A stretch of 48,374 nt of DNA, filler included, from Sphacelaria rigidula (Eukaryota): the NCBI GenBank assembly GCA_964200075.2. It is 2 parts of 2 records of this genome, joined end to end, with 100 filler letters (N's around TTAATTAATTAA, not from the genome) between each part and the next. Parts side by side here need not be neighbours in the genome. Positions count along the whole stretch, not along the records: positions 1 to 24,142 come from CAXNAA020000221.1; 1 more part is not named here. One strand, 5' to 3'. The notes below the pieces were generated by a model. It was not told the DNA's origin. It searched no databases and saw only the letters and a program-made list of their open reading frames with translations. Both the position numbers and the translations under genes were made by a program. Positions 1 through 12,900 of the stretch are shown piece by piece (the stretch's first letter is position 1; the number at the start of each line of letters is the position of its first letter).

Positions 1-77
1 CTCCTACAATGTCCCTTAGCTCGACTCTGTACACGAGTCACCCTACCCATCCGGGCGTCGGTCCTCAGGCGCAGAAC

Positions 78-560
78 TCATGCCTTTCGCTCTGTCTCTC
101 GGTCCATGGCGTTGCTAGATTCATTCGCCTTGTGAACATGACCACAAAACCACCAGAGTACGCTTTCCCCGTATTTCCCCCGAGCACCCTGTGTCAGTGT
201 ATGTGTCAGTGTACGGAAAATGTTTCCGTACGTTTTACTGTGCAATGGTGACCGAACATGAACTCGGGGGAATGAGGAATGACCCACAAGAACATTCAAG
301 TAAACGACGAGAGAACGGGAAAGAGCTTCTCGGCCATCGCGGTTTTTTATTGCTCAGAAGGCTTTTCTGTGGATCAGGAACAGGGTAAACATACAAACTC
401 GGCAGAGACATCAATCCCGGCGACAGCTCCCCCCACTGGTCGTTCGGATGTGGTCGATAAATTTCGCCTCGCCGTGATTGGGCAGGTCGCCGCCATACTT
501 TTCTAATATCGTTTTATCAACACATGGTGGAGCCCTTGCTACTGAAGATCAGTCCCAAAA
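78..560. repeat. Dispersed ~500-bp repeat, copy 1 (inverted relative to the copy at ~23640-24142)
   Basis: Segments such as tcgccttgtgaacatgaccaca and cccggcgacagctccccccactggtcgttc..gtcgataaatttcgcctcgc match the reverse complement of 24070-24142 and 23770-23835. ORFs 279..506(+) and 23696..23950(-) share PATAPPTGRSD(V/I)VDKFRLA. Family unidentified. Confidence 0.8.
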
Positions 561-778
561 GCGTCAACACATACTCACAGTTATACCCGTAGATTAATGC
601 ACACGATAAAACCACCTGCCTGTCCACACACGTTGATTTGTGCCGTGGTAGTCAACCCTTAGACCGCGAGGGTAGTCACTCTACCTGGATTGTATACACT
701 TGCGAGTGAAATTGATGCTGATTCAACATATGACGTACTCTCGCTGTCTCGGGGTTAGAGGGTCAATAAAAAATATTC

Positions 779-1547
779 CATGGTGCTGACAATCACGGCT
801 GTAAACTCGGCACGCCTCGACTTTTCCATCATGAATCGATAACGGCGATGCCAAGATGAGCGAAACTCGGTTCATCTGAACGGCGCAACGTTAGCAAAAC
901 GATGCTTGCGCGAGCCGATTTCTTTAGGCTTTACATGGAATTATGCACCCATACGACGCCGCGATGCCGGCACAAGAGTCCACACTGTACTGTCAGGACA
1001 CAATCAAAACGCCTCTTCTATGATCATGCTCCCGAAAATCGGTTATCTCAAGCCAACATTGCCGAGACCACGAGGGAAGCCAACTGCATTGCGCCGCGAT
1101 CTGGGATGAACAAAGGAATCCATATTACATGGCCTGGTCACCTGTGATTAGATCACCTGAAGACATCGTGTGGCGGGCTAATCTCATCACTCGGTCGGGA
1201 CCGATATCACCCGAGATAATTGTTCCGACATATTCCGTCAATCTGGCCGGACTCGAGGTCACTGGTACACCAGGACCCCTGGATCTGGCGCATGGTCATT
1301 CAACAAGCGTTGCTGTACTGACAGTTACAGCCTGGCCACCCGTGCCGGAATCGCGGCATCATTCAGGTGCACAGCTCACTGTACAGCCGAAATGGGAAAC
1401 GGGCTCCCGCAAGCCACGTATCGCCAACGTTACGCCGGTTAGACAAAACCTAGTCTCGCTCACCATGGCATCGCCGCTCGAGAAATTCAAGTCATGACTG
1501 GAAAGGCGAAATGTGTCTCGTTCACGGCCGTGATTGTCAGCACCATG
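779..1547. mobile_element. Foldback non-autonomous DNA transposon with long diverged inverted arms (possibly hAT-like)
   Basis: Terminal inverted repeat catggtgctgacaatcacggc (779) / gccgtgattgtcagcaccatg (1547). The arms ~779-1050 and ~1290-1547 align in reverse complement throughout. The flanking 8-mers aaatattc / agatatcg resemble a decayed 8-bp TSD. Confidence 0.7.
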
Positions 1548-1688
1548 AGATATCGTTAATTTACAGCTGCCTTTTGTTGTATCATGTCGAGGTGGGTTTA
1601 CACCAGCTCATCCATGATGACATGTATCCAAACTGATGCTCGACATATTTTTGAACTAACGCCAACCCTAACCCCGACGACGGTATAC

Positions 1689-2790
1689 CGAGAGTCTTTG
1701 GACAACGGGGGTGCGAAGGGTTCCTAAGGGAACGGATGCCTTGGCAGGCTTCAAATTGGCGCCAATTTCGACAAAGACGTGTTCTGCGCACGTTGGGAGC
1801 AGTCGGGGCTGTCTATTAATCGCGCATGAAGATAAGTCACACTACACCCGGAAACGAAGAGAGCTTGTGGAATATTATGTTGAAAAAAGCTGATCGAGCC
1901 GTCCTACTACACATGCGGCGATTAATCATGCTGCTTTTGGACGCTTGTTCCTTTCCATTTTTTTTTTGGTGTCGGTAAGACACGACCTTCCGGTTAGCAT
2001 TATTTTAAAATATGTCAACCATGAAGTTGCGTCGGCTAACCGGGGTAAACTCTCCTTGATATATGCCAGCAATATCGATTATTCGCTGCCGATACGTCGA
2101 CGTGTGCTCAGTACTGCAGCAGTCAATCAGCAGACAGTGGGATCACGATGTGGACCTCATACATGCGTTGACGTTTTTCTCCCTCATTGTTATTCAATCC
2201 GTCGTCTCGAGAAGCCATGTCGCGATGCTCGTGCTGAGGAAGGTGGGGTAATTACTGCCAGTGTGATACATGGGGTTGGAAGGGAGTTGATCCTATCTGT
2301 ATCTTGAAGTTTGAGGCATTGGACACATCTGATTCAATGGTTCACCCGAGAAAATTCCCCGCGCCACATTCGGAAAAAACGGGGATGGGTTCAACTCGAT
2401 TCACATGCGACTAATTCGACTACTATTTCTTCATGGCTCGATCAGGGAGTACAAGTTCCTCCATCACCATGCAACCCCAACTTTCATAACTCGTACAGTC
2501 GTACGAACTAATTGCACACTTGTAAATCAAACACGTGCAATGCCAAGAAATAAACCCGACAGGGTGGAAAAATACGAGTTAACCCACTTTGTCGTGCTCC
2601 TCTGCAAGCTTGGCAGCCGCGAGCCTGGATCGCTCCTTCGTTCGCCGCACAAGTTCCGCCCTCGTGGGCAGCATCATATTGGCCTCTTGGTCGAGGGATG
2701 CTTCTGATTGGTGCCTACTGGCAATGCCTCTCCGCCCGGCCGACGCGTCCCGGGACGGTCGGCGATCCGAAGCGCGCCTCATCGCCAAGC
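1689..2790 (-). CDS. Putative multi-exon gene fragment (exons 2790-2588, 2233-2156, 1812-1689), last exon with a CCCH-zinc-finger-like motif
   Basis: Three AG/GT-bounded, phase-compatible open segments: ...RLAAAKLAEEHDK | HEHRDMASRDDGLNNNEGEKRQRMYE | TAPTAPNVRRTRLCRNWRQFEAC.... RTRLCRNW-x5-C resembles the KTRLC-x8-C start of CCCH fingers. Start and remaining exons not identified. Confidence 0.4.
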
Positions 2791-5700
2791 CTAATTTTCA
2801 CTGATCGCCTTTCCACTACTCGCTGTTCAAAAGAGGCAATTTGGGTTCAGATGAACAGGGACAGATGGAGAATTTTTAGCTCCAGGGCAAGAATGGTGAG
2901 ACCTGTCGATTTTTTAGGGAAGGTTGAAGGTTGAACGGCTGTGCTTGCGGTGTAGGGCATCGCGAAACAAGAGCATGGATGGGCTCTGCAAGGAACAATA
3001 CTATGGATGATGATGGAGACAAAATGAAATTTTCGAATAAAAAACGCGACCCCCTGGAAACATGGACCCGATCGCCCAATTATCGAATCGTCGGTAAAGG
3101 CCTCCCTCGCGCATTATAGTGTGAGCACTTTGATAGCGAAGGCGACGTCTCGGGGGAACTTCACTGTAGAAGCATCAGTACAACATAGCCAAACATGCCA
3201 AGTTTCGTCGTGTGCACATGCTCATGTCTGAATTTTGGGAGCCTTGGGTGGCTACGCCGAAAGGCTACGCATGCGCGTTGCGCACACCACGTGCTACATG
3301 CTACATGATGGAGCTCTAGCGCATGCTGAACAATAATATCGTAGAGTACGGTACTAGTCTACACGGTAGAGAAGAGAGAAAATGCCACGTTGTCATCTTT
3401 GGCGGTATTCTACCGCCACAGTGTTGAGCGGGCCGAGTGCTCTATTGATGCTCACTGCGCACTACCAAGGAAACCAACGAAATGCTTTTGCAACCCGGAA
3501 CTTCCGCAGTGGGTATATGAGTACGGAGGAGTATTTCAGGGTACCGTGTCAAGTATGAGGTACAGAGACGCGGTTCGAGAGGTACCAAACCAGCAGGACA
3601 CCTGGCAAAGGCACTACTGAAACGGCCGTAACGGTGAACACTCGCACTTGTTCGATCGTCCTGACTAGCCCTTGTATCGGCCGTGGTCGCAGGTCAAGCC
3701 CGTCATTTGCGAATTCATGCAAACGGTGCCAGACATACGACATTTTCACAGGAGAGGACAACGGTCGGTTGGTATTTATTTCCGGTCCCATGGTGTCAAG
3801 TGAGACACACTCCAACGAAGAACAAATTGCGCTCGAGACACAGCAATATATATATACGCGTTCAAACCCCCCCGCCCATCACTTCGAATCACGACCGGAT
3901 GTGAGAGGAGCAACGTGATTGTTCTTTGTCCAAGGAACTCTGAAAAAAATCATATATATCGGAAGGTGGGGTAATTACTCCATCCCCACGGTGAGGTGGT
4001 ATCTGCAGCATTGTGGAGGCGTTCGTTCGTGCATTTGCGTCCATTTTTCCGAGTGCTGGTTGTGATCTGGGTCAAAGTCTACTGCAGGTACTATCAATAG
4101 TACAGTACCAGTACAGTGCTCGTACAGGAAAAAATTACAGTACAGTCAGGTACAGTATGCACAAAAATTGAATGCTACAGACAGTACGTTACACACTGAT
4201 ACAGCAGAGAGGAGCCAAATGGACGGTCACGTGTAGCACACGGCGAGATGAAAGCCTTCATGTCGGTTACGCAACGTCCTTGCGCGGCTACAGCACACGC
4301 GCGATGCGCATTGCTCGTGGAACGTGAAGTTGGAGAGACCCTCTACTAAACTCTTGATTTGTATGTCGAATTTTGAAAATCAGAGTGTGAGCGGGCTCAA
4401 AACACGCCAGATCCCGCGCCCTATACAGAGGCAGGCAATGGTAGGGCAGCACAATGTGATGATGTGCACGAGTACAGCAACGACCGTGAAAGGTATGCAA
4501 TACACGAGGCACCAGTACTATCGGAACACCGGAATGTACTAAGCATCCCCTGTCTGTGCCACGTGAGCGGCAGTGAACTAGCTCCTCCGCTGCGAACTAA
4601 TGCACAAAGCTGCTATGCAAGGCCGCCAGAAGCACCTGCCTGCAGCTGGTGCGTGTAGTGTGCAGTGCCACCCTATTACACATGGGCTGGTATAAAGACG
4701 CAACTGGTACAAGCAAGCATTATGCGTGCTTAGGCGCGAAAACATCAAATCAATATGACCACGGTAGTGGCGGTAGTGGACGTCCGCCCTGATAAACACA
4801 CTTTCCAAACCCTGTACCGCGACGGCGTTGACTGCATTCAGCACACTATCTCGGCAAGACTATCTTGAGAATGGGGGCAGCAAGGAAACACTGACCCAAA
4901 AACTGATACAATTTTCTCGAATGCTTTCCTCATTGTGAACCCATCCTTTGACGTTTCACCATACCTGCAGCTCCCGCTGTACGGCCGGCTGCCCGGTCTA
5001 TCTTGCTCCAAGTTTATGACACACCACCTAATGCTTCTATGACAAAAGCAACCGGAGTGACGGGTGATGTGGCTCTTGTCCTTGCCAAAGACTTCACCAC
5101 ACGAACATACACACACAGAGACACACAGAGGTTCAAGTTTTGCAACAGGCAGGTGGACAGAGCAAACTTACCCAAGCGGCTTATCGACCGCCGGTACCGA
5201 TATGTCAACTCGAGCTCTGTGGGAGAGGATCTTGAGATCATCCTCAGTTTCGTTCACTGAATGTGGGATGCAAAAAGGACACGGAGGACATTATTATGTG
5301 GATCCCCTGGTGTTCAGATTTGTTGTACTGGCGGTAGTACTCTATGTGGAAGCGGTCTCAACTCCCAAATATCGGGTATCTGGATATATGCCGGGTATCT
5401 GACCGACTGCTGTATCATCAGCGGGCTTTACCGAAGAGTTCAGGATCTTGTCGGGTAACCGCGAAAAGGAACCTCTGCTCGCACGTTCAGGAGGTCGTAT
5501 GAAACCACACCTTTCATCTGAAATCATTCGCATAAGAATATAAGCTTACGCCGTTTCGCTCACGATCCATCACGACGGCGTTCGTAACGTTGTAACCGGC
5601 GCCATCTGATTCGATTTTCCATTTGTATTCACGAGGACGTTCGCATCCTCAGCACAGTAGCTTTCGCTTGGGTTTTGCGGTGCGTTACTGTTGTATTTTG

Positions 5701-6442
5701 TGTCGGAAATGTGTGCATCGATTTTTCGTTCGTGCAATTTTATGCCGTCGCACCTAGAAAAAGGTGATACAACTGCTCTTGTAGTGATCAGCGTACATCA
5801 TCAGCGGGTCGTGTCGATGACCTTTCGCCAGATGCCATCCCGGCAATGCACTCCCAGTCAAAGATGAGAAAACCATCAATGATAATGTGGTCTGAAGGAC
5901 TAGCCTGCGGCGGTTCAGATATTCGTGTCAAGGCGGCGGGGACAACGTTTGTTTGTAAACGGGTGTTTGCTCAGAACCCAAAACCTCTCGTGTTATCGAG
6001 TGCACAGCCGTGTAAAGAATTGAAGAATCAGATATATATCAAGCAGAGACGAGTTTGATTTTGGCAATCGACGAAATATTGACCGCGGCGGACCGCTGGC
6101 GAGTGTACAAACATAATACTTGTGTACATCCTGCTTCACCATGAACATCTCTGCAGTAGCGTGTGTGACGTGACAAGGCGGACACGAATCTGAACCTGGC
6201 TGTATGAGTGTCGCAACATACACGTGGTCGAAAGTGAAACATGATTCGCTCTAGCACTACGCCTTCGACCAATTCTTCATTTTTTTTGCCTGCAACAACG
6301 GCGTGTGTTTACACCCGCACGTCGTTATCCTGCTCGGGGAAGTAGAGGCATCAGTGATAATAAACTACTGTACTACAGGGAGAGCATAAGGTCTTCCATA
6401 AGACCAGTGAAACTGTTGTACAGTAGGTGCTATCAATCGACG

Positions 6443-6745
6443 TTTTTTTTTTGCTGCACTTTGAACCCTCCCCTTCCTCGGGCTTAGTCCGTGGTCTCAA
6501 GGGATCAACCCTTCATTCCCGCGTTACACACCTTGCATTTTGGTCTCGCGGATTGGATCATCACTCCCGCACCGCGTCAACTCATCACGTCCAACAAACT
6601 CAGTCGACTACGTTGTCTACTCACATTCTCACGCTTCCCAGGGTGGATATCAGATATTTTACGAAGGAAAACCCAACGCGTCAGGAATCGAACCCTCGTT
6701 CTCTCCACCCTAACGGAGACAGTCGGACCATTACACCACCGGGGC
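6443..6745 (-). mobile_element. tRNA-derived SINE
   Basis: The minus strand begins GCCCCGGTGGTGTAATGGT (A-box-like) ... GAGGGTTCGATTCCT (B box), followed by a ~230-bp non-tRNA body and an A-tail (T run at 6443-6452 on +). The head does not fold into a complete cloverleaf. Confidence 0.8.
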
Positions 6746-6989
6746 GTGGCAACTTGTGGAAATCTGTCAGTGCAGATTTGTGCCGCTGATTGTGTATGCG
6801 TCATCCTATCAATCGCGATTGTGGACGCCAGTCCACACTTCTTCTGACAATGTAGGCGCGTCAGCCAGGTTAAATCCGTTTTTGGGCTGGCCCAGCTCGT
6901 GATGTTCAGCGGGGGTGTTCTTCGCGCAGACTTTCCGACTATTTCCGGGCAAAGATAGCTTCGTCCCGAAACAAGTACGAGTATAAACG

Positions 6990-9360
6990 TATATTTTTCA
7001 AGGATGTCGGTGTCAGGGAATGGAAAATACGTTCCCAATAGTATTCCGAATATTCAGCGTTGGACTTACTTCTTGGCATATGTTTTCCGCGAGGTCGGAA
7101 TTGCAGCCATCTGAACAAAAGTTCTCATCCGGGGTCGATCATCCGTTGAGTAACCTTCAATCTCACTTGAAATCAAGTACGATGCGAATGGGCTACCCTT
7201 GCGGTTCGAGAGTTCTCGACCTTATGATGGTGAGAAGAGATGAGGCATGCATGATCCAGATGGACTGCCCTGGCGGTACAAGGGCGAAGCCCACCTTTTC
7301 ACCCGTTGATGACGAAACTAGGACGTTTATAGTCGGCATCTCATCACTTGAAAAGAGCACTCAATGATGAGATTGGACTACCCTCGTCACAACCGAAAGG
7401 TCAACCGTTATATGGAGCGAGTAGGCCAACTGATGAATCGGCATCGAATTCGACCGGTAATTAAGTCCGCATGATTCAGATAAACTACTTTACTCACAGT
7501 TCAAGGGATAAGCCCTGTCGAGATAAAGTCCTAACTTTCCAGGGGTTGAACCTGGTCTGCACCCATGTGCCGTAAATGAACTGGAGTCGCGACTCAGGTC
7601 ACAGATGGCCCCGATCGGCGTTTGTCCAGTCCGGAAGACGTTTCTTCACAGAATATCACGGTGATTCCATTGCGGAACACTCGGCCTGACGGTCAGGAAT
7701 TCGGGTCAGGGTTGGGATGCCGCAATCGTAGTAGTCAGGAAACGGACTAGAGCAGCCTCCCGGGAGTCAACTCTTTTCTCGTATTTCCGTCCTCTCACTC
7801 CCGGGAAAAAACTGTTGTCTCGTACTGACCTTCCGCCACTACCGCCCTCTTGAGGTGAACCGGTTACACACACTTGATGAGAAAACTTCCGTCATTTTGG
7901 GCCGCCCTTCTTCCATCTTGGCAAGTTATCCTCGAGGAAATATGTCGACAGATTGAGGATTCCGAGTCTCTTATCCGACTTTTGGCTGTGGGAAAGGGTT
8001 ATTTGGTATACTTTCTCGAGTATTTGGTGTGAGGTTTCTCCCGTGAAAACAAAAGCTAGCCGTCCCCTTTCGTTCCAGAGTACCGACCACATGAAGACCC
8101 GGATGTGAGGTTAGCAAACCCCTGCAACACAGGGTGAACGACTCGAGGTCGGACGTGAGGAAAAACAGTCATCGTCGATACATGTACACCTACTCCGATG
8201 GTCTGGGGATTGATGCTTTTGACCATTAGACGGTGAGCGTAGGATATTCGTCGAATTGGCTTGGAGTTCATCACCATCAAGTATACATGATCCACACGGA
8301 CTGTCTTTGCTGCCACCGGGTTGAAGCCCTACACTTTGTTCGAATGGTATCACCTACTGCTGATGTTAAACGTTGGTAATTCGAACACTGAAGCAAGTCC
8401 TGCTCCATTCATCATCCATGAACAAGATGACATACCGAGTAACACGTCTCCACATCTTCCTGACGGTTGGTGTCGGATCCAATTGGGACGCGTTCACGCA
8501 AACTGCCAGTGAATCAACTACGGTCAATCTTGACCCTAATGCAACCCGATTCTCAAAATATGTTACCGCAATGGCTTTCTTGTGAGTCATCATTATCGTT
8601 GTCAAGTAGAAATAATCCCGATTCACATCAGGCTCCTGGGTGCAAAGCACATGTTCTTGGAAGTCCGGTCCACAGAGTGTCGAGGGGATTGAGCGCTCAA
8701 GGGGTTAAAAGCCCAACACTGCGGGACAAGATGATGGAACGGCAGCAGACACTTGGCGCGGCGGCGGAGTATCATATCGTTCACAGGTCCAGTAGGGCAC
8801 TTGACCCTCACAAGTGGTACTGGCGCAAACTCACGGGTAACAAAGAACCGCATCAAACCAAGGAGTAACTTCGTTTCCTCGAAGCTGACTGGATGACGAG
8901 ATGACTCGTTGTCCAGGTGTTACGAACCGAACGGAGCTGCGGGACATGACCTGTCACATCATATCAGACATGTCCAGATGCGCCCTGTACCAGCATCAGA
9001 AAAGTTGAACAAGCTGAAGCTTGCCAACAGTTTACCGGGACTTCACGTACAAGTCACGAACCATATCACGATTTCTGCAGCAGAGCAATATTACTTTGAT
9101 CTCCCCGCCATCACGGCCTCGAAGAAAAAACGCAGGCCGAAACACGCCAACTAGTCAACGAACCCCCAGACCCCGCCGACACCATGTATCGCAATTTTTC
9201 GAACGGCAAGGTGTTTTCGCCCCGGGACATTACTTTGACCTAAAGGGAGGGGAGTGCGGAGTGAAAGGATCGACCGATTCCGCGAGAAGGTGAGGATTCC
9301 CCACCAACTCTCGATTCTTCAGCGCTCTCGTGTTGAGGTCCTGTAAAAATCTTGGTAACT
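6990..9360 (-). mobile_element. Decayed Ty3/Gypsy pol, 3' part (RT - RNase H - integrase - chromodomain-like)
   Basis: Colinear degenerate motifs on - strand with stops and frameshifts. RT: DFYR/LNTRALKNR (cf. DYRxLNxxxxKNR), KIAIHGVGGVWGF..FGL (cf. KTAF..G.YEF..PFGL), PVSFEETKLLLGLMRFF (thumb). RNase H end: RDYFYL..TH, GSRLTVVDSL. Integrase: IPFEQSVG, VDH, NPQTIG, TGETSHQIL. Chromodomain-like: EYSEYYWE../DILEKY. Confidence 0.7.
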
Positions 9361-9397
9361 CCGCGGTGGTGAATAAGCCGGACCCGAAGGGTCATGC

Positions 9398-9499
9398 CTA
9401 ATCAACCTTTTTACGGAAGGAGCAACCCTCCGTCAGCCGAGCCTTCCCGCCTGTTGGCTGGCAGAGAACGGTCGAGCAAGACCCACACACCACGACCGT
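9398..9499 (-). CDS. RPS27: 40S ribosomal protein S27, exon 3 ([33 protein letters not shown])
   Basis: Canonical eS27 C-terminus with second CxxC. Acceptor cag at 9502-9500, TAG stop at 9400-9398. Confidence 0.98.
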   Translation of the reverse strand, partial: TVVVCGSCSTVLCQPTGGKARLTEGCSFRKKVD

Positions 9500-9763
9500 C
9501 TGACCGTCAAAGTACGAAGAGGTCGAAGCGTCGGCGCACGAAAGGAGAAATCAACGACCGGCAGTCGAGTAGCGCACACGGCCACGGGCACAGGGGGCGG
9601 CGGTAGGAATGCGGTTAGAGACTTTTGAAGACACCACTTCTCAGTCTTCTCTGGTTCGACATTTCAAGGCACGGGGGAAAAATGGTTGACGAAATACGAA
9701 GGAAATGCGGTCGAAGTGAACACGAGATGCTCGACGCAAGGGATTACAAGCACCGTAAAGCTA

Positions 9764-10009
<246 letters not shown>

Positions 10010-10319
10010 TCACACGAACAATTGAAGTGTGCAATCAAGACGACAAAAATGTAGACGTGCCTGAAACAGTGAGAGTGCTGCGGGTGTCAGGAACTGATAA
10101 AAAATTATATCAACTTGGAACTGTTGAAGGCAATGACACGTACAACAATGATATGTATCAAAAGTACATGACATTCATCATAAAAGGGGATTGAATCCTC
10201 AAGCAGCGACCACCCGACCAATGTTGTGTATGCATGCACTCGGAAAACACCCCAGCTCTCATATATGATATAATTACAACTCGACACAACTCAAGCTGTA
10301 AAGCTTACTGGTCAACCCT

Positions 10320-12900
10320 TAGACGACGAGCGTTGCTTCGGAACAGTTATACAGGGTGACAGTCCCGAGACATCCGGTGGTTTCCAGGGCTCAGGGGGAT
10401 GGCGTCTTTCCGGGGAGAAAAGGAAAAGCTCGCGGAGTCGACGGTGTATGCTTGGTAGTTTCTCGCGGAAAATCATGAACCGTGCACGAGGCCCAAGTGG
10501 CACGGGGTGATCATTCTGATCAATCACGTTCGTCAAAATGGGCACTCATGTTTCGGTAGAGGTGGAAATCTGGTGAACACATTCGCCGTTTACCCTCATA
10601 TCTCATCTCGATTAACACCTGTGTCCATCTGTTTAATACTGCCTGAGGGTCCCATTCCAGATGACGATACACGCGAGCTCCACGAGTATCCTACGCACGT
10701 AAATGTAGACAAGTGATTCAACGGCGAGGCGATCGCCATCGCCGAGCAGCTGCTCTACCGTAGTCAGGGGCGTTCGCGACGGTAGTCATGGTGCGATATC
10801 TAAACGCACGCTGCGTACACTCGGTCCGTTCAGCACTCTTAGATCCAGCATACGCTGTAGACCGCACGTGCAGCCCCGGCACGATACACCAGACTGCACA
10901 GCAGAAACATGAGGCGGAATAATCAGGTGGTCAACAACCACCCCACCGTCTGTGTCATGATTCTCACCACTATGCGCCTCTTTTGCACTTCCGGTCCGTT
11001 CCACCGTGGAGTAGGCGTTTGGAGTCGTGACTAGAGAGTGATTCTGAACCCAAGAAGTGCCGTGTCTAACGCAGTCTACCGCTGGGGGGATCGCCGTCTA
11101 CATTTTAAACTGAATGTAGGAACCTTGTCGAGCGAGCTCAGGATGTAAACATCGAACACTCTAGTGTGCATAAACTCTTTCTTGTAACCGGGTCTCTATT
11201 CAACGGAAGCCATGCCACAGTGGCCGGAATCTTCCACACCCTGGACGATATATGGTCAATAGTTGCATTGGACAAGAAACGTACTGCATGAAGTATAGGC
11301 CCATTGTGGCTATTGTCGGCCGGCAATGGTTGGAATAGGCCCATACTTCATCGAGGTACACTTATCGTCCATTGATCCTGTTGGACCATACATTGTCCAG
11401 GGTGTGGATCGTTCGAGTTGAATTCGCGGTGATCCATATTTCTTGCCACGTACCTCTCGGCCGTTCTCTACTGTGTCCCCCAGGTTATTTGTTGTTCTTA
11501 TGAGGCCGCTTATAACATACAAAAATACAAATCATGACGAGTGCTTCTTTGGAGCTATCACGTAGTTTTACACCCCAAAAGAGAGCTAGGCGGAGTTCGA
11601 CACGTTGGAATGATTTGCTCTTCTTATTGAGGCGGTTCCAGGATACGTTCCCGTCCTCCTGTGGCCGTAGCTTTCATTTCGGCTAAACAAGAATTCCAAG
11701 TGACTTTAGAAAAAAATCGCAACTTTCCTCCGGAATCATCTATTTTTTGTTATTTAGCGTTCTTGGAAAATAATCCTTGTTTGGCCGAAATGAAAACTGC
11801 GGCCACCGGGAAGCGGGGAGATGTCCTGGAATCGCCTCAACTAGAAGAGCAAGTCATTCGAACGAGTCAAACTCCGCTCAACTTCAGAGAGTAAACCGAC
11901 GTGAAAGCAGGAAAAAAAGCACTTTTCCAGAATTTCACATCCGTCTGTTGTAAGGAGCGGCCTTACCGAGGAATTGATTATCTCCAGGGCGTTGTTGCAG
12001 CCGCTAGAGAAGCACTCGGATGACGCATTCACAAGCACCGAGAAGTGATTCGCATACAAGGTAAAAAAAATAACATACTAGCGAGACAGTACGAAAAGAA
12101 ATAGCCTTCCCGAACGCACGATGAGTTTTCGAACCGCCTCCTCTACCAAGAGGCGTTACGAGACCCCTTGAGAGCCACAGGAATTCGTTCGAAATCGATC
12201 CACGGAACGATCTTCCCTCACGGTGTTCTTCGATGATCACGTTTCGAGTTTTCTGTTGTCTAGCTCAGGCGAAAAGAAGTCACGAGCCCAAGGAGGTTGA
12301 CCAATGTTAGGAGGGAAGGTTACTGGAAGTGAAACCTTTGTGACCCCAGGTTGTGAATAGCCACCGTCTACGTTGGAATGTTCCGTCCAGGATCCATCCA
12401 GCCACAGGCGACTCAAGTCAAATTTTCGAGATTCCGCCTGGTTCGAGGTTTGCTTTCCGCAAGCTTGTGCTGAATCAGGGTGCTCTTAGTGACGACTAGA
12501 TGATTTCCCAGCAAGTTCAAGATATTTCTCGAGTATTTTGAAGTCGTTCGCCTCTTCCACATTTTTCCATAGCGGTCGGGACGCGCACGCTACTCTGGTG
12601 GGGAAGAACGACTAAAGCTCATCAAGTCGCGGTCGACAGTCTTCACTGCTACAGGGGTAAACATAGGCACCGGAGCGGGAAAATGTGAAAATGGGTCGCT
12701 GATATTTTGAACCGCGTTGTCACGGACACCTCTCATGCCTTCCCCTTCAGCAAACAACAAAATATAATCTTGACGATACTCGGACAACGCCGACATCCAT
12801 TTCAAAGTACTCGAAGAGAGGGAGGGAACAACACCAGCTCCACCCACTAACTGTGATCCCGTAACGCCTCCCTTTTTTTGCCCTCGTGCGTTCCTCGCTG
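10320..12900 (-). mobile_element. Decayed Ty3/Gypsy element, 5' part (gag-like - protease - start of RT), within RPS27 intron 1
   Basis: Protease-like AVRFL(..)SNATIDHISSRV at ~11290-11235. RT N-terminus NVIDQNDHPVP...IHRRLREL...PW..SPCITVPK at 10530-10336 (cf. HxIdtgdxxP...SPxxxVPK). Coding-like decayed frames at 11965-12900. Interrupted by a MITE at ~11536-11962. No LTRs recognised. Confidence 0.6.
11536..11962. mobile_element. Older, diverged copy of palindromic MITE family E (see 31383 and 32650)
   Basis: Internal palindrome ttggaatgatttgctc..tggccgtagctttcatttcggctaaacaag / cttgtttggccgaaatgaaaactgcggcca..gagcaagtcattcgaa. Aligns with 31383-31830 and 32650-33107. Right end ..ggcc followed by tta. 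Confidence 0.75.

Noticed and set aside
700-830. Copia-integrase-like reading (EFT..CQHHGI..PLTPRQ) on - strand
   Set aside because: The segment straddles the terminus of a foldback element whose other arm has the same sequence, so it is most likely coincidental.
2238-3980. Shared 19-mer ggaaggtggggtaattact at 2238 and 3961
   Set aside because: Similarity does not extend and is too short to interpret.
5003-5458. Coding-like + strand frames
   Set aside because: Interrupted by stops, with no motif or convincing splice structure recognised.
6670-6745. tRNA gene
   Set aside because: A and B boxes are present but no complete cloverleaf, and it continues into a body and A-tail. Better explained as a SINE head.
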